Source: Bacillota bacterium
GTDB lineage: Bacteria; Bacillota; Clostridia; UBA1381
Assembly (NCBI GenBank): GCA_024685565.1
Contig: JAIKVQ010000182.1
Span: 11,672-75,671 of the forward strand
DNA length: 64,000 bases
Direction of reading: 5' to 3'
A program made the position numbers and the translations under genes. Positions within the stretch are counted from its first letter, which is position 1. Each line of letters starts with the position of its first letter. Shown here piece after piece: positions 24,195-33,331 of this stretch. The notes under the pieces are model-generated. The model saw only the letters and a program-made list of their open reading frames with translations, was not told the DNA's origin and searched no databases.

Positions 24195-26138
24195 ATGTCA
24201 GTAGAACCGAGTGATATAGGTATTGCAACATACAACGACGTAGGAGATGTGCAAAGATTAAGCACCACAGCAAAAAATGTCGTTGATGCACTAAATGAGA
24301 TTTATGCAGCTCAGCAAGAAGGCGATGAAACGGGAAGACAGTTATATGTTGATGGTCAGAACAACATTATATTCGGTAAAGATAACGCGGTTCATGGCAA
24401 TAACAATCTCATAATTGGATCTAACAATGTTATTGTAGGTGACAACATAACACTCGTTGCATCAAACACGGTTAGGCATAAATCACTATCAATCTATTAT
24501 AATTACTATGATGAAGTGGAGAGCAAAATATATTACTATTTGCCCAGAGGTCAAGAAAACCCAACCCCTTCACATGTAGTTGTTGGCAACATGATTGCTT
24601 TGCAATTTTCAATCGACTGGACGAATGAAGATTCGAGTGATTATGTGTATGAAACAACACCGTTTTATGTAGCAGAAATTTTAGAAATTGACAATGATAG
24701 TAAGTATATACGAATAGATAATACCGGAATTTCATTTGATCCTCCGGACGAAATCCATACTGTTAGGGAGTATCTGACTATAGATAGCTTCGTATTCATG
24801 GTGGATGGGTGCAAAGTAATAGCAGGAAAAAGATCCGTATCATTAGGCGGTAACGCAACCGGCGAATTCAGCTTTTCAGGCCCCGGAGGAAGTGCTTCGG
24901 GATTTATGTCTTTTAACGCTAATTTGGGTAATGCAAGTGACACGTATTCTGCAGCATTTGGTAATTCCTTTGCAAAAGGTGCCTACTCTTTTTCTGCTTG
25001 TTCCGGTGAAGCGGCCGGTGATAATTCTGTGGCCATTAACCAAGGTCACACTTTCATTCCGTATTCGTTTGCAAGCGGGATGAATTCGAGAGTTTTTGCA
25101 AGAAGTATAAAGTGTACAGATGTGGATTTTACGGGAAAAACACTGACCATAGATAATAGCTGTGACATCACCGATATTCGTGCATCAGATATAATCATGT
25201 TTAGAGGTTATAACATAAATAACCCGGTATTGTTTTTTGAGTTACATGTAACGTCTGTAGAAGGACAAGTGATACATTTTTCAGATAATGTAATGCAAGG
25301 CGACGGAGAATATAGAATCCGATTATGCTCTGACGGTATTATCTTTGTAAGAGATGGATCGCTGGTAGATGCATTAGGAGGCTATGCAGGCGGTCAAAAC
25401 AGTGCTGCAGCTGACAGGAATTCGCATGCATTCGGAATGGGAGTTTGTGCAGCAGCAGAGAACTCTGTCATATTTGGTAAGTTCGGAGTAAATCAAGACC
25501 CAAGTTCATTTGCTCTGGGTAACGGAACAAGTAGCGCCGCAACTGGTCTTGCATTTAAGGTAACGCAGGAAGGTGATGTTTTTGCTGACGGCGAGTATTC
25601 ATCGCCTTGTGCAGACTATTCTGAATTCTTTGAATGGGAGGACGGTAACCCGGAGAGCGAGGACAGAGTTGGATATTTCGTCAAACTAAACGGTGAGCAT
25701 ATAGAAAAGTGTTCTGCTTTTGATAAGCCGCTTGGTGTCGTATCTGCTACACCAGCAATTGTTGGTGATGCGTCAGAACTTCATTGGAGAGGCAAATATG
25801 TAACAGACGATTTTGGCAGAGTACAATATCACGAAGTGTTAGTTCCTGAAGAAAAGGATCAGGACGACGCTGTAATCACCCCTGAACATATAGAGATTCA
25901 GCCTATGCTAAATCCCGAATGGGATCCGAGCGTCAAATATATTCCGCGTAGAGATAGACCAGAATGGTCAACAGTAGGTGTACTTGGAAAACTAATAGTG
26001 CGAGACGACGGAACGCTGTCAGCAGGTGATATGTGTAGATGTGGAGAGAACGGCATTGCGACAAAAGCAATAGAAAACGGATATCCCGTACTTAAAAGAA
26101 TAGCAAACGATAAGGTTTTAATATGGTTTAGGGGGTGA
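24195..26138 (+). CDS. tail fibre/spike protein with C-terminal peptidase-G2-like autochaperone region
   Basis: 647 aa. N-terminal VVDALNEIY block. C-terminal ADYSEFFEWEDGN... resembles intramolecular-chaperone cleavage domains. Confidence 0.5.
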   Translation: MSVEPSDIGIATYNDVGDVQRLSTTAKNVVDALNEIYAAQQEGDETGRQLYVDGQNNIIFGKDNAVHGNNNLIIGSNNVIVGDNITLVASNTVRHKSLSIYYNYYDEVESKIYYYLPRGQENPTPSHVVVGNMIALQFSIDWTNEDSSDYVYETTPFYVAEILEIDNDSKYIRIDNTGISFDPPDEIHTVREYLTIDSFVFMVDGCKVIAGKRSVSLGGNATGEFSFSGPGGSASGFMSFNANLGNASDTYSAAFGNSFAKGAYSFSACSGEAAGDNSVAINQGHTFIPYSFASGMNSRVFARSIKCTDVDFTGKTLTIDNSCDITDIRASDIIMFRGYNINNPVLFFELHVTSVEGQVIHFSDNVMQGDGEYRIRLCSDGIIFVRDGSLVDALGGYAGGQNSAAADRNSHAFGMGVCAAAENSVIFGKFGVNQDPSSFALGNGTSSAATGLAFKVTQEGDVFADGEYSSPCADYSEFFEWEDGNPESEDRVGYFVKLNGEHIEKCSAFDKPLGVVSATPAIVGDASELHWRGKYVTDDFGRVQYHEVLVPEEKDQDDAVITPEHIEIQPMLNPEWDPSVKYIPRRDRPEWSTVGVLGKLIVRDDGTLSAGDMCRCGENGIATKAIENGYPVLKRIANDKVLIWFRG

Positions 26139-26143
26139 TTGTA

Positions 26144-26761
26144 GTGCCGAAAGAGACATCCACATACGGACTTAAAAAGCCGTTATATTCTGACAATGCA
26201 GATATAGCAGTCATAAACGAAAATGCCGATCTGATCGATAGCATCCTGACTCCGACAGTTAACGCAACAAAGACACCGACAGGTCAATCATCAGGGAAAC
26301 TTTCTGATGTTTTGAGCTGGATAGCTAATAGGATAAAGTCGATAACTGGCTTAAACTCGTGGCAGGAATCACCGTCGGTAACTCTTGAAGACTGCAAAAA
26401 CCATTTACAAAACGGAACGCATCAAACTGCGACATCGTCAAGTAACGGTTTTATGAGTTCAACTGATAAAACAAAGCTTGACAATGCCACAGAAAGCAGT
26501 ACTGCAAATCGGCTCATGATACGTGATAGCTATGGTAGAGCAAAGGTTTCGAGCCCGTCTTCAAGTGATGATATAGCAAACAAATCATACATTGACTCGA
26601 ATTTTGTTAAGAAAAATGCAGATACGACCATGTCGGCAAAACTGACTGCAAATTCTAATACGAGCTATACGACGAAGCAGGTGCGAAACATTGTGTTCTG
26701 GACAAGCGGTGACACACCTCCTTCCACAGGCTATGGCGATATTGTCATTAAGACATTTTGA
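26144..26761 (+). CDS. tail fibre-associated protein
   Basis: GTG 26144 lies 9 nt after GGGGG (the track start 26135 abuts the SD). Function from position only. Confidence 0.4.
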   Translation: MPKETSTYGLKKPLYSDNADIAVINENADLIDSILTPTVNATKTPTGQSSGKLSDVLSWIANRIKSITGLNSWQESPSVTLEDCKNHLQNGTHQTATSSSNGFMSSTDKTKLDNATESSTANRLMIRDSYGRAKVSSPSSSDDIANKSYIDSNFVKKNADTTMSAKLTANSNTSYTTKQVRNIVFWTSGDTPPSTGYGDIVIKTF

Positions 26762-26769
26762 GGTGAGTT

Positions 26770-27621
26770 ATGGCGAACATGAATTTTACTTACAAATATC
26801 CGTATGTTGGCTATACGAACTCAAAATATTCTTTTGGCTATGAAGATGACAGAACATATATAAACGGGAATTACACTTATGCAATTCTGTTCAAAAACGC
26901 GTTATCTAAGTGTTCACAGATAAAATTCACATTTGCACTCACAGCCGGAAGTTCAAGTGCAGTATATGGAGCGTCTTGGGATTTTTATGTTTATTCAAAT
27001 TCATGGAGCAAGGTTGCTTCTTTTACAATGCCGCAAGAAGGGCAGTATACCTATGAGGGTAGTGTTCCAAATCTAAATGTCAAAAAGTTACTTGTAGTTC
27101 CCTCATCAAGATATTCAAGCGGTACTACATGGGGAACATCATATAGCATAGAAGGGTTTACGGTTACTGAATCTTTAGAGGAACACATACTAAAAAATGA
27201 AGACTACCATTTTGGTGTATTTCCTAACTGCTACGGAATAGAAATGGTTCCGCGAAAAGTATTTGCAAATGTTAATGGCACACTTACTGAAGTGACTAAA
27301 ATATATGCAAATATAGGTAACAATCTATTCGAGATACCGCACGCATATTCTGCACATCTTGAAACAACATCAGATTCAACAACGCTATATTCTTTTACCT
27401 CGCCTGAAACAGGGCGTTATACCATAAAAGTAGATAGATTTGTAGGTGACCACGAGATACGACTATATGCAGCAGATTATACGCCTATGACAGATTCATA
27501 CTTTTATAACAGGACTTTTGAATTCACAGCAAACACAAAGTATTATATCACTCTTTCACATTATCCGAGCACAAGTAACAATGATAGTAAAAGTGATTTG
27601 TTAGTATATAAGGAGGTGTAA
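26770..27621 (+). CDS. hypothetical tail-region protein (283 aa)
   Basis: ORF with SD, between fibre genes. Confidence 0.45.
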   Translation: MANMNFTYKYPYVGYTNSKYSFGYEDDRTYINGNYTYAILFKNALSKCSQIKFTFALTAGSSSAVYGASWDFYVYSNSWSKVASFTMPQEGQYTYEGSVPNLNVKKLLVVPSSRYSSGTTWGTSYSIEGFTVTESLEEHILKNEDYHFGVFPNCYGIEMVPRKVFANVNGTLTEVTKIYANIGNNLFEIPHAYSAHLETTSDSTTLYSFTSPETGRYTIKVDRFVGDHEIRLYAADYTPMTDSYFYNRTFEFTANTKYYITLSHYPSTSNNDSKSDLLVYKEV

Positions 27622-27624
27622 TAA

Positions 27625-28146
27625 ATGCCAATACCAGAAACACCGGGATCAAGGGTAGAAAATTATCTTGGCGTATTAATAGGTCAAGATAATGCAAGTT
27701 TGCCGGAAACTCCACAGTCAAGAATCGAAGAATATCTTGCAATTATTATTCAAAATTTGTCAGGAAAATCAACGGTTGCATTTAAAAATGTTCGTCTTAA
27801 TAACGGTGAAAAATACTACTTTAAACCGGGTAGTGTTTTTTTGGTTGACGGTCCGAGTACAATCCATTACGGACAGTATGCAAGCGGAGGAACAATTAAC
27901 GAATTTTCATTAGACTCCAACTCATACACGATAGGATTTACGACGCAATTAGGAAAATCAGAATCCGGAGATTCAGAGTGGAACAGGCTCGCCCTATATT
28001 ATACAAAAGACTTCACATTTGAGAACTTGGTGGGTGGAGTAGATAGTATAATTGGCAAGGTTAATGCTTATACAAAGGATACAACCAGTAATTATATTGA
28101 ATCGAAAAAGAATAAGCTATATGTTTACTTGATTGAAATAAGCTAA
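27625..28146 (+). CDS. hypothetical tail-region protein with duplicated PETP.SR.E.YL motif
   Basis: PIPETPGSRVENYLGVLIGQDNASLPETPQSRIEEYLAII. Confidence 0.45.
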   Translation: MPIPETPGSRVENYLGVLIGQDNASLPETPQSRIEEYLAIIIQNLSGKSTVAFKNVRLNNGEKYYFKPGSVFLVDGPSTIHYGQYASGGTINEFSLDSNSYTIGFTTQLGKSESGDSEWNRLALYYTKDFTFENLVGGVDSIIGKVNAYTKDTTSNYIESKKNKLYVYLIEIS

Positions 28147-28184
28147 TATTAAACGATATTATAAACGAAAGTGAGGAACTTATT

Positions 28185-28595
28185 ATGAAAGAATTATGGA
28201 ATAATATTCAGTTCGCAATAGCCGGATTAGGCGGTTGGCTCGGTTGGTTTTTGGGAGGATGTGACGGACTTTTGTATGCACTTCTTGCATTTGTCGCTAT
28301 CGACTACATAACGGGCGTTATGTGTGCCATTGTCGATAAGAAGCTGTCGAGTGAGGTCGGATTTAAGGGCATCTTCAAAAAGGTGCTTATTTTTGTGCTT
28401 GTAGGAATGGGACATATCCTCGATACGCACATTATCGGACAAGGCTCTGTTTTAAGAACGGCGGTCATTTTCTTTTACTTATCAAATGAAGGAGTCTCGC
28501 TTCTGGAAAATGCAGCATATTTAGGACTTCCCGTTCCGCAGAAGATAAAGCTCATATTGGAACAGCTCCATGACAGGGGCGAGAAGGGGGACTAA
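28185..28595 (+). CDS. holin (phage_holin_4_1 / TcdE-like family)
   Basis: LLAFVAIDYITGVMCAIVDKKLSSEVGFKGIFKKV... signature. TM helices. Precedes the lysin. Confidence 0.8.
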   Translation: MKELWNNIQFAIAGLGGWLGWFLGGCDGLLYALLAFVAIDYITGVMCAIVDKKLSSEVGFKGIFKKVLIFVLVGMGHILDTHIIGQGSVLRTAVIFFYLSNEGVSLLENAAYLGLPVPQKIKLILEQLHDRGEKGD

Positions 28596-28596
28596 T

Positions 28597-29322
28597 ATGC
28601 TAAATATTGAAGAACGACAAATCGTGTATAACATAAGCAAACGGACACAAAAGCCAATCTATATCGTGATTCACGACACGGGAAACAAGGGAGCGGGAGC
28701 AAATGCCGATGCACACTTCTCATACTTTAATTCAGGAAGCCGCAATGCAAGTGCGGATTTTTTTGTTGATGATAAAAAAATCTTGAAGGTGAACGATTAT
28801 AACAAATACTACACTTATCATTGCGGAGACGGTAAAGGAAAATACGGTATAACAAACAGCAATTCTGTCGGTATAGAGATATGCGTCAATAAGGATGGTG
28901 ACTACAATGTGGCTTTCCAAAACGCAGTAAGGATCACAATGCAGCTTATGACGGAACTTGCAATTCCGATTGAGAGAGTTGTACGGCACTATGATGCGAG
29001 CCACAAAAACTGCCCTGCTTCAATGAGTGCAAATTCATGGCAGCTTTGGAAGGAATTCAAATCGCAGATTATGGAGGGAGTAAAAACTATGGAAGAACTG
29101 AAAAAGGAAATTGCGAGTATAAAAAAGGATATACAGGACATAAAAAAACCGCGGATTTATGACTATGTGGATGACAATATGCCTTTATGGGCGAAACCTA
29201 CCGTAGTCAAGCTAAAGAATAAAGGTTACTTGCATGGTGATGAGGAAGGCAAACTCAACCTCGACGAAAATATACTCCGAATGCTCGTTATAAATGACAG
29301 AGCAGGAATTTATGGCGAATAA
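28597..29322 (+). CDS. N-acetylmuramoyl-L-alanine amidase endolysin (Amidase_2/PGRP)
   Basis: IVIHDTGN..ANADAHFSYF...ADFFVDD...SVGIEIC...HYDASHKNCP. ATG 28597 after AAGGGGG. Confidence 0.8.
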   Translation: MLNIEERQIVYNISKRTQKPIYIVIHDTGNKGAGANADAHFSYFNSGSRNASADFFVDDKKILKVNDYNKYYTYHCGDGKGKYGITNSNSVGIEICVNKDGDYNVAFQNAVRITMQLMTELAIPIERVVRHYDASHKNCPASMSANSWQLWKEFKSQIMEGVKTMEELKKEIASIKKDIQDIKKPRIYDYVDDNMPLWAKPTVVKLKNKGYLHGDEEGKLNLDENILRMLVINDRAGIYGE

Positions 29323-29329
29323 GAATTAT

Positions 29330-29364
29330 GCCCGCTGATTGTTGTATTTCGGCGGGCTTTTTTT
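29330..29364 (+). terminator. rho-independent terminator after the lysis cassette
   Basis: GCCCGC(29330-29335) ... GCGGGC(29352-29357) plus TTTTTTT. Confidence 0.7.
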
Positions 29365-29595
29365 GTTGCTTGTTTTAGGGTAGGTACTACTTTTTAGTAC
29401 ATACCAAATCATATTCATTTCTGCTAAATCATAGTCACTTCGCACAAAGAAAATGAGTATTTGTGCGGATTGTGGAGCCTGTGCTTTCCTGAAAAAACTC
29501 TATTTTTTATAAAAGGTCTTTTTGACCTTTTTATTTTTTTGCCATAAATGACCTGTTTTTTGAATTTTGCAGGCTTGTCTATGGAGGTGCATTTT

Positions 29596-29781
29596 ATGAA
29601 AGAAAAAAATAATAGTAATGTGGAACGATCATATTATAGAGACGAAAATGATGTTTTATTTCACGATACCGGTAAAACAGTATTCAAAATAACCGCTCAT
29701 TACATAGACGCTAATGCCAATGATGCTTGCACGCTTAAGGATCGCATAAAAAAACTGATTATTAGCGAACATTATTTTTGA
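29596..29781 (+). CDS. TnpW-like small protein
   Basis: 61 aa. ...TGKTVFKITAHYIDANANDACTLKDRIKKLII resembles transposon-encoded TnpW proteins that precede large serine recombinases. ATG is 7 nt after GGAGGTG. Confidence 0.45.
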   Translation: MKEKNNSNVERSYYRDENDVLFHDTGKTVFKITAHYIDANANDACTLKDRIKKLIISEHYF

Positions 29782-29861
29782 ATTGTCTTGATATTGTTTG
29801 AGTTCAGAGGTAATATGCATATACGCAATTACGTAGCCGATTTTTGGCAGGAAGGATAGTT

Positions 29862-31463
29862 ATGAGGGATTCAGGAAAAGAGGTCTATTCAGGCGGACTA
29901 TATTTGCGTTTATCACGAGAAGATAGGATGCAAAATAATGAAAGCATGAGTATATCAAATCAAAGAAAAATTACAGTAAGATATGCAACAGAGAATAAAA
30001 TTGAGATTGTTGAAATCTATATTGATGATGGTTATTCAGGTGTTAGCTTTGAAAGACCTGCATTCAATAGGATGATCAAGGATCTTGAGAACGGAAAAAT
30101 AAACTGTGTTATTGTAAAAGATATGTCTCGACTCGGCAGGAATGATGTTGAGGCAAATAGATATTACGAGGATGTATTTTTAACAAAGCATTATCGATTC
30201 ATTGCTATTGATGACAATGTTGACACATTAAGAGGATATGAGCAGCATGCAACCTTTAAAAACATGTTTAACTCAATGTATCCGAGAGATATTTCTCAGA
30301 AAACTCATTCAGCTTATATGGCATTAGCTCATAATGGCGAAAAAGTTGGGAAAGCCCCTTATGGATTAAAACATGATCCTGACAATAGGTATCATCTTAT
30401 CATTGATGAAGAAGCTGCAAAGGTTATAAGATATATATTTAGTTTAGCAATGAAAGGGATGTCAAGAAAAAAAATAGCAAGAATTTTAAGAGAAGAAAAA
30501 ATATTAAGTCCTGCGGCATACGCTAAAAGAAGCGGATGTAAAAGATATGAAAAGTACGTTAGTGCTTATGATGATGATTATATGTGGTGCGATAAAACGG
30601 TCGGTCAAATACTAATGAATGAGTTTTATATTGGAAGCAATGTTGCTAATACTACTCGTCGGTCATTCAAAACAGGGAAGTGTGAAAAATTACCAAGAGA
30701 AGAATGGGTTATCGTGCCCGATGTTCATGAAGCTATTATTTCAAAGGAAGTTTTCTATAGAGTACGAGATATTTTTAAGAGTCGTAGAAGAGGAACAAAA
30801 ATGGAAACCGTACAGTTATTTGCTGGATTAGTAAAATGCAAGGACTGTTCAAGATCAATGAATTATACTGGTGGCGATGTGCCTTTTTATACATGCGGAA
30901 CATATAGGAATAAAGGAAAAAAATACTGTTCTTCACATAGAATAAGGTATGAGGATGTTTATAACTGTGTGTTGCAGGACATACGGGATAAAACTTCCAA
31001 GCTTGAAAAAAATCGAGAAGAATTCATTGTTGCGGCATCAAGCAACTTTCAAATCAGTTTAAAGGAAGAGACTCGGAATTTAGAAAAAAGGTTAAAAGAA
31101 TTAACGCAGCGTTATGGTGAAATTGATATTCTCATACAAAAAACATATGAAAATTCCGTGCTTGGAAATTTATCAGGCGAGAGAATGTCGCTACTCATAG
31201 CAAATTATGAAAATGAGCAGATAGAAGTAAAAGAAGAACTCGAAAAGATAAAATTAGAAATAAAAACTATTCAGGAAAAGCACAAAAATGTTGTAGATTT
31301 CACTAAACTAATAGAACAGTACATTGGTGTGGAAAAAATAACAATGGAAATGGCTTTAGAGCTTATAGAAAAAATCGAAATAGGCGAAAAGTATATAAAA
31401 AATGGTAGGACATATCAGGATATTGATATAAGTTATCGATTCGTTGGTAAAATTGCGGTATAA
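29862..31463 (+). CDS. large serine recombinase (integrase)
   Basis: N-terminal resolvase domain (LYLRLSREDR...SISNQR), recombinase domain, Cys-rich zinc ribbon (CKDCSRSM...YTCGTY..KYCSSH), C-terminal coiled coil. Confidence 0.85.
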   Translation: MRDSGKEVYSGGLYLRLSREDRMQNNESMSISNQRKITVRYATENKIEIVEIYIDDGYSGVSFERPAFNRMIKDLENGKINCVIVKDMSRLGRNDVEANRYYEDVFLTKHYRFIAIDDNVDTLRGYEQHATFKNMFNSMYPRDISQKTHSAYMALAHNGEKVGKAPYGLKHDPDNRYHLIIDEEAAKVIRYIFSLAMKGMSRKKIARILREEKILSPAAYAKRSGCKRYEKYVSAYDDDYMWCDKTVGQILMNEFYIGSNVANTTRRSFKTGKCEKLPREEWVIVPDVHEAIISKEVFYRVRDIFKSRRRGTKMETVQLFAGLVKCKDCSRSMNYTGGDVPFYTCGTYRNKGKKYCSSHRIRYEDVYNCVLQDIRDKTSKLEKNREEFIVAASSNFQISLKEETRNLEKRLKELTQRYGEIDILIQKTYENSVLGNLSGERMSLLIANYENEQIEVKEELEKIKLEIKTIQEKHKNVVDFTKLIEQYIGVEKITMEMALELIEKIEIGEKYIKNGRTYQDIDISYRFVGKIAV

Positions 31464-31530
31464 TGGCAGATTTTTTTATGCCAGATTTTATCGTTAAATT
31501 ACCTGAAAGTCCTGTCATCCGCACCAAATA

Positions 31531-31568
31531 AGAACGGTAATTTTGATAAAAAGTTGCCGTTCTTTTTC
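31531..31568 (+). terminator. terminator hairpin
   Basis: AGAACGG ... CCGTTCT plus TTTTCT. Confidence 0.5.
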
Positions 31569-31625
31569 TATGCCCGAAAACCCCGTATTTCAAGCCTTTT
31601 CGGACTTTTCGCTTATAAAATAATA

Positions 31626-31660
31626 CCGTCCTGACCGAAAAATCAGGGCGGTTTCTTTCT
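31626..31660 (+). terminator. terminator hairpin
   Basis: CCGTCCTGA(31626-31634) / TCAGGGCGG(31643-31651) plus TTTCTTTCT. Confidence 0.6.
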
Positions 31661-31688
31661 ATATAATACTCTAAATCCAAAAAGTAAT

Positions 31689-31783
31689 CGTGTTCTTATG
31701 GGTATAAAACGTGTTCCTATGGGGTAATCGTGTTCCTATGGGTATAAAACGTGTTCCTATGGGGGTAATCGTGTTCCTATGGG
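31689..31783. repeat. five direct 14-bp repeats CGTGTTC(C/T)TATGGG at about 20-bp phasing (2.5 copies of a 40-bp unit)
   Basis: Copies at 31689, 31710, 31729, 31750 and 31770. The 40-bp unit is GTAATCGTGTTCCTATGGGTATAAAACGTGTTCCTATGGG. Confidence 0.9.
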
Positions 31784-31815
31784 TTTTGGGGATAAAAATA
31801 AAGAGCCGAAGCTCC

Positions 31816-32118
31816 TTAATTTAAATATTTTAGTGTTTGGAGCAAATACTCCTTCTTCTCTGGTGGAAGATACATCCACCCATCGTAGAATGCCTTTAAT
31901 TCAGGTGTCAACTCAACCATTTCATTATCCGAGAAAAACTCTGCTAAAGTAATATTTAACGTGTCGCATATCGCTTCAATCGTTGCTATCGTTGGGACTG
32001 TGCCACGGTGGAAAATGTTTGATATGGTGGCTGGCGGTATTGAACACTCTTTTGCCAATCTGTATTTTGTCCATCCCTGCTTCTTTAATACATCTTCAAG
32101 CCGTTTCTTGACATCCAT
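31816..32118 (-). CDS. XRE-family helix-turn-helix regulator
   Basis: MDVKKRLEDVLKKQGWTKYRLAKECSIPPATISNIFHRGTVPTIATIEAICDTLNITLAEFF. ATG 32118 after AGGTGG; the track's upstream extension is rejected. Confidence 0.75.
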   Translation of the reverse strand: MDVKKRLEDVLKKQGWTKYRLAKECSIPPATISNIFHRGTVPTIATIEAICDTLNITLAEFFSDNEMVELTPELKAFYDGWMYLPPEKKEYLLQTLKYLN

Positions 32119-32136
32119 ATTTCCACCTCGCTTTCT

Positions 32137-32166
32137 GAATAGTATTATACTATTCATCTGAATAGT
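32137..32166. promoter_or_regulatory. operator-like palindrome plus a third half-site upstream of the HTH gene
   Basis: GAATAGTAT-T-ATACTATTC (32137-32155, perfect 9-bp arms) and GAATAGT again at 32160-32166. Confidence 0.5.
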
Positions 32167-32295
32167 TTTGCAGACTGCAAACTGAACTAATATATTTTTA
32201 TTTCGTGCATACTGCATATTGAATATTACACTATTTTATGGTATGATAATATTTGTGAAACTATACATTTTATACTCGCTGAAAGGAGGGCTAAA

Positions 32296-33315
32296 ATGGG
32301 AGCTAAATCTAAATATTTTATTGTGGCAATTCTTGCTTTTGTATTCATGTGTACCGCTTGCTCTTTTAGCAATAGTAGCAATTCAGTAATCGTGACCCAA
32401 ACGCCGCAACCTGAAATAACAAACGAAGCTCCATCTGAAAAAGAAGCTGAAGCTGAATCGAAAGCGGATAAAGAAACCCTCCCCGTTATAACTACAGCCA
32501 TTTCTCTTGCGGACATACCCGAATATTCAGGTCTGCCGTTTGTCGAGATAAATAATAATGTTCCCTTTTTTACTACAGATGAGCTTGTATCTGTAGCTTT
32601 TGAAAAATACAGCTCTTTGGACAGTAAGGGTCGATGTGGTGTTGCTTATGCAAATGTATGCCAGGAGTTAATGCCTACAGAGGAACGAGGCTCTATCGGT
32701 ATGATAAAGCCGAGTGGTTGGCATACGGTGAGATATGAATTTGTCGATGGCAAATACTTATATAACCGCTGTCACTTGATAGCCTATCAGCTTGCAGGTG
32801 AAAATGCCAACGAGAGAAACTTAATCACAGGCACTCGCTATTTAAATATAGAAACTATGCTTCCTTTTGAAGGACGAGTTGCGGATTATGTAATGGCAAC
32901 AAACAACCATGTTCTCTATCGGGTGACCCCGTTTTTTGACGGCGATAACCTTTTAGCTACGGGTGTCCTTATGGAAGGATACTCTGTCGAGGACAACGGC
33001 AAAGGCATCTGTTATAACGTGTTCTGCTATAATGTTCAGCCAGGGGTCGTAATCAATTATGCCAACGGTGATAGTTATGCGGAGGTGGAAGCAACCGAAG
33101 AGCCTGTCGTTCAAGAAAGGTCAATGCCCATTCCTGCCGTAGGTGAAACCACGGACGAAGTGACGTATATCGGAAACAAAAACACTAAAAAGTTTCACTA
33201 CCCAAATTGCAGTAGCGTGTCCGATATGAAAGAGAAAAACAAAGTGCCATTATACGGCACGAGAGAAGAAGCAATCGCACAGGGGTATTCTCCCTGCGGT
33301 AGATGCCATCCTTAA
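32296..33315 (+). CDS. secreted DNA/RNA non-specific endonuclease with C-terminal Ada-like Zn-binding domain
   Basis: N-terminal signal peptide (possibly a lipoprotein). NRCHLIAYQLAGENANERNLITGTRYLN nuclease block. C-terminal KFHYPNCSSV...GYSPCGRCHP. Confidence 0.75.
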   Translation: MGAKSKYFIVAILAFVFMCTACSFSNSSNSVIVTQTPQPEITNEAPSEKEAEAESKADKETLPVITTAISLADIPEYSGLPFVEINNNVPFFTTDELVSVAFEKYSSLDSKGRCGVAYANVCQELMPTEERGSIGMIKPSGWHTVRYEFVDGKYLYNRCHLIAYQLAGENANERNLITGTRYLNIETMLPFEGRVADYVMATNNHVLYRVTPFFDGDNLLATGVLMEGYSVEDNGKGICYNVFCYNVQPGVVINYANGDSYAEVEATEEPVVQERSMPIPAVGETTDEVTYIGNKNTKKFHYPNCSSVSDMKEKNKVPLYGTREEAIAQGYSPCGRCHP

Positions 33316-33331
33316 GGAAAGAAGTGTTAAA

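Noticed and set aside
31363-31680. 105-aa minus-strand ORF downstream of the recombinase gene
   Set aside because: It overlaps the recombinase 3' end and spans two plus-strand terminators. It has no SD and an odd composition.
31689-31783. Possible CRISPR array (regularly spaced direct repeats)
   Set aside because: The repeats are only 14 bp with 5-7-bp intervening segments that are themselves repeated (a 40-bp unit). There are no unique spacers and no cas genes, so this is an iteron or tandem repeat instead.
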